A stretch of 64,000 nt of DNA from an uncultured Acidimicrobiales bacterium (GTDB lineage Bacteria; Actinomycetota; Acidimicrobiia; Acidimicrobiales; CATQHL01): positions 1,249,753 through 1,313,752 of the forward strand of contig CATQHL010000001.1 of the NCBI GenBank assembly GCA_958295925.1, in the 5' to 3' direction. A program made the translations under genes and the position numbers. The notes below the pieces were generated by a model that saw only the letters and a list, made by a program, of their open reading frames with translations, was not told where the DNA came from and did no database searches. This document shows positions 56,333 to 64,000 of this stretch, piece after piece. Every line of letters starts with the position of its first letter. Position 1 is the stretch's first letter.

Positions 56333-56961
56333 TAGCCCTCCTCGTCTCTGCGCAGTGGGCGCCCGTAGGCGGACGCCGGCACTGGGGCCGCTACGGCTGC
56401 GCCGCCGCGGCTCTGCCAAATTTTTCCAAGCACTATCTGTCCTGTCAACGCCAGTCCGTAAATGATCACGGCCACGATGTCCCGCACCACCCGGTAGTTC
56501 ATTTCGAATGGCAGGGCCCAGGAAAGCAGACCCTCCCCCTCAGACCACCAGGACGGCAGGATGGGCCCTACAAGGAACCTGTCCTGTCGCCAGTTCAGCT
56601 CGTTGTCGGCGAAGGCCAGCCACCAATGCGGAACCACGCCGTAGACCCAGAACATCAGGAAGAACGCCAGCATCGCCCCCACCATCGCCTGCCCCCAGGT
56701 CACGGGGGCGCCCGCAGGGCGGCGCCTGGCGTATTCGACGGTCAAGGTCACCCCGATGAGGAAAACGACCCAGGAAGCCGTGAACGCCACGTTCAGGTAT
56801 GGCGGACGCGCGTCACCCGTGAGCCCGATCCACAGCATCAAACCGCCAAAGAGCAGGACGGTGCTGCCTATGGAGGCACGGTGGAATTTCTTGGCTGCGA
56901 CATCGACGGGGCGGATTTCGGCCACTCTGCTTGTGCTCCTGCTGCTCCTTGTTGCTCTCAA
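56332..56961 (-). CDS. hypothetical integral membrane protein, first gene of the bc-type cluster
   Basis: 209 aa with about 4-5 TM helices and no recognisable motif. The start is uncertain; an internal VAEIRPVD start is possible. Confidence 0.55.
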   Translation of the reverse strand: MRATRSSRSTSRVAEIRPVDVAAKKFHRASIGSTVLLFGGLMLWIGLTGDARPPYLNVAFTASWVVFLIGVTLTVEYARRRPAGAPVTWGQAMVGAMLAFFLMFWVYGVVPHWWLAFADNELNWRQDRFLVGPILPSWWSEGEGLLSWALPFEMNYRVVRDIVAVIIYGLALTGQIVLGKIWQSRGGAAVAAPVPASAYGRPLRRDEEG

Positions 56962-57284
56962 TGGTGCTGTTCGTAACGTCGACCTAAGCGCCCGATGCTA
57001 ATTGCACGCCTAAGTTATTCTGCCCCCGCCCGGTACCGGCGCGCTGTCAGCACGCAACCACCATCAACGGTTTTCCCACCAGACAGTTGGCACTGGTGTC
57101 ACCCGCCCGCTAGTGAAAAAGCTCACAAGAAGCTTATCTTTAGGGCAGTGCCTGCACGACATTACATCCACCCGCACGTCCCCGTGCCTCACAAGATGCC
57201 AAGCCCGGGGCCATTGCCTGTGGCATCAAGCCCCCTCGCTAGGATTTGCCTGGCCAGTAATTATTCCGACAGCACCGAGAACAC

Positions 57285-58109
57285 GTGGTAGAAGTCCCCG
57301 AATATCTCCTAGAGCGCTCGCGCATCCGACGACAGGAACTCACCGGCATCGCAGGGCCGGCTCCTGAGGCGTCTTCACCCAGCGGTGCGGCGCCCGCAGC
57401 CGCCGCACCTGCAGCCTCTCAACCCTCGCTGCCAACCCCGGTCCCCTCGCCGCTGCCCGACATTCCCCCGGCGCCCCCGCCGCCCCCGGCGCCGACGCCC
57501 AAGCCGTGGATCCAAGCAGCCCTAAGCCGAAACAGGATTCCCTACTGGGTGATGCCCGTGCTCTTGTTCCTGCCCATTTGGGCATACATCTACGTGGGGA
57601 CTCTTGAAGAACCCACCAGGGCGGCAACCGGAATTATGGCTGAGGGCCTGGAGGTCTTCGGTGCCAAGTGCGCTGCCTGCCACACCGCATCGGGCGGAGG
57701 TTCGAGCAGCGGACCCAAGCTCGACGACGGCGAGGTTCTGCTGACCTTCCCGGACGACCCCGACAACCTCGGGCTGGCGCAGCAGGTCCACTGGGTAGTC
57801 CAGGGAACAAACGGCATCGGCGAAGGCAATCCCTACGGGGCAGCCGAGAGGGGAAGGCTCGCAGGCTGGTTCGCCAACATGCCTGGCCACGCCGACGATT
57901 TGACGGCTCGCGAAGTCCTGGCAGTCGTGCTCTACGAACGGGCAGCACACGGCGCAAGCGAGTTGGCGGCCACCCTTGCGCCCGTCGCCGAGGAAGCTCT
58001 CAACGACGAAGCGCTGGTCTTGCCCGAGCACTTCACCGAGGAGACCTCCGTCGCTGACGTGGCCGACCTCCTGGCGCCGCTGATGCCGTCGGGCGAAAGC
58101 GAGTCCTGA
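57285..58109 (+). CDS. membrane-anchored monohaem cytochrome c
   Basis: 274 aa with a GTG start. The N-terminus MVEVPEYLLERSR is followed by a Pro/Ala-rich linker, one TM helix (IPYWVMPVLLFLPIWAYIYV) and a single CAACHT haem motif. Confidence 0.8.
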   Translation: MVEVPEYLLERSRIRRQELTGIAGPAPEASSPSGAAPAAAAPAASQPSLPTPVPSPLPDIPPAPPPPPAPTPKPWIQAALSRNRIPYWVMPVLLFLPIWAYIYVGTLEEPTRAATGIMAEGLEVFGAKCAACHTASGGGSSSGPKLDDGEVLLTFPDDPDNLGLAQQVHWVVQGTNGIGEGNPYGAAERGRLAGWFANMPGHADDLTAREVLAVVLYERAAHGASELAATLAPVAEEALNDEALVLPEHFTEETSVADVADLLAPLMPSGESES

Positions 58110-58129
58110 CGCGCCGCGACCTCATCGTC

Positions 58130-59347
58130 GTGGGTGGCGGCCCGGCCGGGGCCTCCGCCGCATACTGGGCAGCCTCAGCCGGTCTTGACGTGCTGGTTCT
58201 GGAGCGAAAGCACTTTCCCCGACCCAAGACCTGCGGCGACGGTCTCACCCCTCGCGCCGTCAAGCAACTCACCGACATGGGCCTGGCAAAGACCCTGAAC
58301 GGCTACCACCGCTTCAAGGGGCTTCGAACCTCAGCTCACGGGCAGACGCTCTCCATGCCCTGGCCAAAGCATTCCATCTACCCGCCCTACGGGTACGTGG
58401 CCGTCCGAAGTTCGCTGGACCAGGCGGTGCTGAGCCGCGCTGCCGAGGCCGGGGCTGAAGTCCGGTTCGGGGCCGAAGCCACTTCGCCGCTGTTGACCGA
58501 CGGCCTTTGCGGGGGGGTGGCGGTGCGCTACCGAGAAGACGGGGGGAACGAAGACATCCCGGCCCGTTACCTTGTAATCGCCGACGGCGCCAATTCCCGC
58601 ATAGGGAGATTCCTGGGATGCAGTCGAGACCGCTCATTTCCACAGGGAATGGCAATTCGCACCTACTTTGCCAGTCCGCTTCACGCCGACCCCTGGATAG
58701 AAAGCGTGCTCGACGTTCGTGATCGCAACGGTGATTCCCTGCCAGGCTACGGATGGGTCTTTCCCCTCGGGGACGGCACCGTGAACGTCGGGATAGGTCT
58801 GCTTTCCACCTACAAGGGCTTCCGATCGGTGAACACCTCCTGGCTGATGAAGGAGTGGGCCCACGCTCTTCCCGGTCACTGGGAAGTCGACCCGGAAGCC
58901 CCCGTATCCCCGCCGACGGGTGGACGGCTGCCGATGGCCGGCTCGATTCAGCCCAAGGCCGGGCCTAATTTTCTGGTTGTCGGCGACGCGGCGGGCTCCG
59001 TCAACCCGTTTAACGGGGAAGGCATCGACTACGCCTACGAAACCGGGCGGTTGGCCGCGGAGTTGATATCGGAAGCCGTGATCTGCGACGACGGGACGGC
59101 CCTCTCCCACTACCCGGAACTCTTGGAGACGGAATACGGGCTGTACTTCAAGGTTGCACGCCTTTTTTCCTACTTGATCGGAAGGCCTGCCCTTATGGGG
59201 GAGCTGACCCGGCTGGGCATGCGCTCGCAAGTCCTTATGGAGGGGGCGTTCCGCATTATGGCGAACCTGATGCGCGAGGAAGAGCCAGGGGCGGCGGAAT
59301 ACGTCTACCGCTCCTTGGCCAGAGTCGCCAAGCTCTGGCCGGAGTAG
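58130..59347 (+). CDS. geranylgeranyl-reductase-family FAD oxidoreductase (possibly a menaquinone or isoprenoid side-chain reductase)
   Basis: 405 aa; contains GGGPAGASAAYWAASAGLDVLVLERK...KTCGDGLTPRAV. The frame is open from 58058. The GTG at 58130 cuts off the beta-strand that normally precedes GxGxxG, so an upstream non-canonical start (for example CTG 58106, reading LTRRDLIVVGGGPAG) is plausible. Confidence 0.75.
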   Translation: MGGGPAGASAAYWAASAGLDVLVLERKHFPRPKTCGDGLTPRAVKQLTDMGLAKTLNGYHRFKGLRTSAHGQTLSMPWPKHSIYPPYGYVAVRSSLDQAVLSRAAEAGAEVRFGAEATSPLLTDGLCGGVAVRYREDGGNEDIPARYLVIADGANSRIGRFLGCSRDRSFPQGMAIRTYFASPLHADPWIESVLDVRDRNGDSLPGYGWVFPLGDGTVNVGIGLLSTYKGFRSVNTSWLMKEWAHALPGHWEVDPEAPVSPPTGGRLPMAGSIQPKAGPNFLVVGDAAGSVNPFNGEGIDYAYETGRLAAELISEAVICDDGTALSHYPELLETEYGLYFKVARLFSYLIGRPALMGELTRLGMRSQVLMEGAFRIMANLMREEEPGAAEYVYRSLARVAKLWPE

Positions 59348-59376
59348 GCGACTGACCTCTGGCGCTATCGCAAGGT

Positions 59377-60723
<1,347 letters not shown>

Positions 60724-60839
60724 CAGGGCCAGCGGCCTGGGAAGGCGGCGTTTGGCGTCGCTGGGCGGGCTCGGTGAAGCTCTTTTTGCGGCGACGGCTG
60801 GCGGCGGGGCGACAGCTGGCGGGGCGCTGACTACCTGGG

Positions 60840-61412
60840 ATGACTGCTGGCGATGGTGACACGGCGAGGAACGCTGGAGAAGATCGGCGGGTGCTGATGG
60901 CTGCTCTGCGTGGAAAGTGGCCGGAAGTGCCAGGTTGGACGCCGCCTGGCGCTGATGAGCGCCGCGAGATCATTGACCGCTCGAAGTCGGTCGCAGTGGT
61001 GGGCGCTTCGTCGAGGGCGGAGCGGGCCAGCAACTTCGTGGCCACCTATCTGCTGTCGTCGTCAACCGACTTCAACGTCTACTTCGTGAACCCCGCAGAG
61101 CGGAAGATTCTGGGCCTTCCCGTCTACCCGTCGCTGGCCGACCTGCCGATAATCCCCGACATCGTCGACGTGTTCCGCAGCAGCGAGCATCTGCCAGAGG
61201 CTGCCGCCGAAGCTGTAGCCGTCGGAGCCAAGACCTTCTGGACGCAACTCGGCCTCTGGAGCGTCGATGCCGCCCAAATCAGTTTGGATGCCGGGTTGGA
61301 GGTGGTGATGGACCGCTGCTTGAAGATCGAGCATGCCCGCTTCGCCGGCGGCCTCTCCTGGGCAGGCTTCGACACCGGCGTAATCTCCTCAAAACGTCGC
61401 CGGTTCCGCTAG
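60840..61412 (+). CDS. CoA-binding domain protein (YccU-like)
   Basis: Contains SKSVAVVGASSRAERASNFVATYL...VYPSLADLP..PDIVDVFRSSEH...GAKTFWTQLG...MDRCLKIEH. The true start is probably internal (MAALRGKW, ~60897). Confidence 0.75.
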   Translation: MTAGDGDTARNAGEDRRVLMAALRGKWPEVPGWTPPGADERREIIDRSKSVAVVGASSRAERASNFVATYLLSSSTDFNVYFVNPAERKILGLPVYPSLADLPIIPDIVDVFRSSEHLPEAAAEAVAVGAKTFWTQLGLWSVDAAQISLDAGLEVVMDRCLKIEHARFAGGLSWAGFDTGVISSKRRRFR

Positions 61413-61446
61413 ACGAGCAGAAACACCTAGATTTAGCCGATTTCTT

Positions 61447-62619
61447 TTATTCAAGTTTCTTGAAAATAACAACTCGATTTGAATTAGTGCCACACCTATT
61501 GTTGCTGACTCCCCACAAGTTAGATGTCTTTGTAAACGATTGTTGATTTATGAGAACTGCTTCCACTTTCAAAGGAATCCCATTGGCGGCTCGAACTACC
61601 TCACGCTCAAGTTGAACTGTTCCATTACGAACCTCGCCAACTTCAAAAGCAATCCGCCCACCCATGCGAACAACTCTACACATCTCGGCGAGAGCCAGAT
61701 GAATGAATGCTCTCCAATCCTCTGTTGAAGAATAGGGAGTCCACTTGACGCTTTCGGTGTTAATATTGGCAAACCAGCATCTCAGCCAGTTATCGCCACG
61801 ATAATCCACTACGTCAAGAAAAGGTGGAGATGTAACTACTAAGTCAACCGATTCATCGTCAAGGTAGAATAGATTGGTAGCATCCGCGCATTCGAGGGCA
61901 GGTGCATATTCATATGCAGGGGGAGTCCCCGAACGCAACAACGACTTGGATTTCTTGAGCACAATTGCTTTGATATCTCTTGGCGGGGGGATTTGTGAAT
62001 TCTTTTTGTTGATGCGTTTCTGAGATTCAATAGAAACTGCCTGATTAGGAGGCATTGTTCGCACTGAAAAGAATCCAGATGAATGACCACTAAGTCGATT
62101 AAGACATACCATTCGAATCCAGTCATCGATGTTATCAAAACATCCCTGTTTGATACGCTCGATGAAGCAATTCTTCAAGTTAAACAGCATCGAAAGCGTC
62201 TCGGGATGGTAAAACACAAGTAGCTCTTCATCTTCACTTAAAATTTCCGCTTCAGCAGTGATTTGATTGAGCCGTTTTTCCACTTCACTGAGGAGTGGGG
62301 GATTAAATCTTGGCCTCACTAGCAATATACTAAGTGGGTTAATATCACTTCCAGCTGCTCGTCTACCCATTATGTGGGCCTGTAAGGGAGTAGTACCGCG
62401 GCCCAGGAATGGATCTGCTACGAGATCTCCTGGCTCGGTGTATTTCTCAATAAAGTACTCTGGTAGCTGAGGTTTAAAGCAGGCGCGATAACTAATCTCG
62501 TGAAGACTGTGGCCTTGGCGCTGTCGCGATGTCCAAAACTCCTTGACTACTGGTTCATGGCCCTTTGCTTCAAAATTCTGCCTGGTCTCGAATAGTTGGA
62601 GTTTGTCTTTCGCACTCAT
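61447..62619 (-). CDS. site-specific DNA methyltransferase (motif I before motif IV; SPPF catalytic motif, N4-cytosine or N6-adenine type)
   Basis: 390 aa; contains LVADPFLGRGTTPLQAHIMGRRAAGSDINP (FxGxG) and DLVVTSPPFLDVVDY (motif IV). No restriction endonuclease gene is adjacent. Confidence 0.8.
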   Translation of the reverse strand: MSAKDKLQLFETRQNFEAKGHEPVVKEFWTSRQRQGHSLHEISYRACFKPQLPEYFIEKYTEPGDLVADPFLGRGTTPLQAHIMGRRAAGSDINPLSILLVRPRFNPPLLSEVEKRLNQITAEAEILSEDEELLVFYHPETLSMLFNLKNCFIERIKQGCFDNIDDWIRMVCLNRLSGHSSGFFSVRTMPPNQAVSIESQKRINKKNSQIPPPRDIKAIVLKKSKSLLRSGTPPAYEYAPALECADATNLFYLDDESVDLVVTSPPFLDVVDYRGDNWLRCWFANINTESVKWTPYSSTEDWRAFIHLALAEMCRVVRMGGRIAFEVGEVRNGTVQLEREVVRAANGIPLKVEAVLINQQSFTKTSNLWGVSNNRCGTNSNRVVIFKKLE

Positions 62620-62646
62620 CGTTAAACCATACTCACACTTCTGGGA

Positions 62647-63021
62647 TCATTCGCATTTTTTGGGTGGCACATCATCTATAAGGCAAAATCTAGCATGCAG
62701 TTGCTCCCAATTTGTCCGAGCTTTTTTCCCATCTAATACTACCATCCGTGCCTTGCTCTCAACTACGGCTTTACGCTCTGCCACTCGACGTTGAATCTTG
62801 CTATCGCGAGTTATTATCAAAAGACCCGACTCAGACACTGTTGGAATCCATTCCTCATCCGGAATGTTGGTAGTAGTTATGATACACTTAGGACGCAAGC
62901 GTTTGTGAATTTTAGCTCCCGGATCTCCTGGATACGTACAGTCAGGTCGCAACCCGGAAATTAGTTTCCCGAGACCGAGAATGTCGGCATCAAAGTAGAA
63001 GCGGACTTCTGCCTGTTTCAC
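62647..63021 (-). CDS. PIN-like (Mut7-C / DUF5615-type) putative nuclease or toxin
   Basis: 124 aa. VRFYFDADILGLGKLISGLRPD ... PDEEWIPTVSESGLLIITRDSKIQRR matches the D..LG.L...L ... T.D layout of Mut7-C/DUF5615 PIN-like domains. It overlaps the upstream DUF433 gene by 4 nt. Confidence 0.65.
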   Translation of the reverse strand: MKQAEVRFYFDADILGLGKLISGLRPDCTYPGDPGAKIHKRLRPKCIITTTNIPDEEWIPTVSESGLLIITRDSKIQRRVAERKAVVESKARMVVLDGKKARTNWEQLHARFCLIDDVPPKKCE

Positions 63022-63701
63022 GCAGCCTGCCGGGCATGGCGCGACATTTCATAGTTGCAAGCCCATCTGACATCTTCAACCGACAATCCGAATTGATCGG
63101 CCACGTCGGCGTCTTCTTCACCTCCGTCAATGTGCTCCCAAATAACGGCAGTGCTGATTCCCTTGATTGCCGGATGTCCAAATCGATACGTTGGCCTGCA
63201 TCTGACTGGCGATTCTTTATCGCCATGAGGTCGCCAAGCAATGGCAAGATCGTTTTCCCAATCAACCCGCTCGTAGAACTCCTTGGCTGCTGGAGCCAGC
63301 ACCAACTGGCCGCTTGTATAGGCGATGAGCCAAAGTTCGTCTGGGAGACCTAATTCATCTTGAATCTCCACTACAAGTTGACGGCCCGCACCTATCCAAG
63401 GTTTACTATGGGCCAGAGGATATAGAACCCCTTCTTGATCACGAAGTTTTGCAATAAATTTTCGAATCTCCGAAAGTGGAACACGCTCTTTCTTGCGATA
63501 TTGACAGAGAAGCGCCGCCTCCACGAATTCGCCCCAGGTGACCTCTTCGCTGCCGGTCGGCTCTACACGTATCAAGGGCTGCGAACGGCCCGGACCGCCT
63601 TCCAGCCAGCGTCGCAACGTGGGCGCCGAAACCTCCAGGATTTCGGCCGCTGTCACCACTGAATAAACCGGCCTGTGCAACAGCGTCACGTTCACGCTCA
63701 C
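63018..63701 (-). CDS. HTH plus DUF433 protein (putative antitoxin or regulator)
   Basis: 227 aa. The N-terminus has a helix-turn-helix (VYSVVTAAEILEVSAPTLRRWLEG). The C-terminal GHPAIKGISTAVIWEHIDGGEEDADVADQFGLSVEDVRWACNYE fits the DUF433 pattern. Confidence 0.7.
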   Translation of the reverse strand: MSVNVTLLHRPVYSVVTAAEILEVSAPTLRRWLEGGPGRSQPLIRVEPTGSEEVTWGEFVEAALLCQYRKKERVPLSEIRKFIAKLRDQEGVLYPLAHSKPWIGAGRQLVVEIQDELGLPDELWLIAYTSGQLVLAPAAKEFYERVDWENDLAIAWRPHGDKESPVRCRPTYRFGHPAIKGISTAVIWEHIDGGEEDADVADQFGLSVEDVRWACNYEMSRHARQAA

Positions 63702-63789
63702 ATTCTGACCTCTGTCCGTTGCTTCCTGTCGTCAAACCAGAAAGGGCTCACCTCGCCGACAACTGCCAAGCCCTCCTGGCTCGCCGCTC

Positions 63790-64000
63790 TCAGGCTGACT
63801 CGGCCAGTACCTCCCTGGCGACCTCCTCGGCAGCGGTAATCGTGGCGGAGATGTCGGCGTCGGTGTGGGAAGTACTCAGGAATACCGCTTCATACGGCCC
63901 TGGTGCGAACGCCACTCCCCGCTGCAGCATCCCATGGAAGAAGCGGGGATACGTCCCGTTAGAGGCGACGGCCTGCGCCTCGTCGAAGTTGCGGGGGGGA
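63790..64000 (-). CDS. hemL: glutamate-1-semialdehyde 2,1-aminomutase, C-terminal 70 codons (5' part off the window)
   Basis: Not in the ORF track. My minus-strand translation reads ...NFDEAQAVASNGTYPRFFHGMLQRGVAFAPGPYEAVFLSTSHTDADISATITAAEEVAREVLAESA*, with the stop at 63792..63790. This matches the HemL C-terminal pattern FFH.ML..GV..AP..FEA.F.S.AHT..DI. Confidence 0.7.
   Translation of the reverse strand, partial: PPRNFDEAQAVASNGTYPRFFHGMLQRGVAFAPGPYEAVFLSTSHTDADISATITAAEEVAREVLAESA

Larger units (their letters stand above)
61413..63740. other. low-GC island: HTH-DUF433 / PIN-like / DNA methyltransferase array
   Basis: GC rises from about 30-40% at the methyltransferase end to about 55% at the DUF433 end. 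It sits between the high-GC CoA-binding gene and hemL. No integrase, tRNA or terminal repeats were recognised. Confidence 0.6.

Noticed and set aside
60790-60822. A GC-rich near-repeat upstream of the CoA-binding gene: GGCGACGGCTGGCGG (60790-60804) and GGCGACAGCTGGCGG (60808-60822).
   Set aside because: This is a short, low-complexity G/C-rich sequence in a 65% GC genome, and it may lie within the 5' end of the ORF. Chance or coding-repeat origin is more likely than a regulatory element.

Overview
This is a high-GC window (about 65% in sampled lines), probably from an actinobacterium-like chromosome; that lineage guess is inference only. Most of it is respiratory-chain genes on the minus strand. 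(1) An 11-gene nuo operon, nuoABCD-HIJKLMN with no nuoEFG, lies at 9.6-20.5 kb. (2) A complete 14-gene nuoA-N operon lies at 35.6-50.9 kb. It follows, with gaps of 64 nt or less, a 7-gene Rieske / split cytochrome b / dihaem cytochrome c cluster at 50.9-57.0 kb that also carries a 2x[4Fe-4S] ferredoxin and two unknown membrane proteins. Four low-GC patches (about 30-45%) carry defence-type genes. The first is an internally deleted N4/N6 DNA methyltransferase remnant (8.8-9.3 kb). The second is a type III-like R-M locus ordered res - unknown ORF - mod, with mod split by a frameshift at a C10 homopolymer (23.2-30.0 kb). The third is a lone RloC/PrrC-like AAA_13 ATPase (33.2-35.5 kb). The fourth is a tight HTH-DUF433 / PIN-like / DNA methyltransferase three-gene array (61.4-63.7 kb). 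The 5' end has a partial acs gene and two tandem lipoprotein genes sharing a nearly identical 1.57-kb block; the second copy lacks the metalloprotease half. Other genes are a MidA/NDUFAF7-like methyltransferase, trpB2, an orphan solute-binding protein, recQ, a monohaem cytochrome c, a geranylgeranyl-reductase-family flavoprotein, metY, a CoA-binding protein and a partial hemL. I recognised no tRNA, rRNA, CRISPR array, integrase or transposase. All family assignments rest on motifs read by eye and recalled family consensus; no database search was run.
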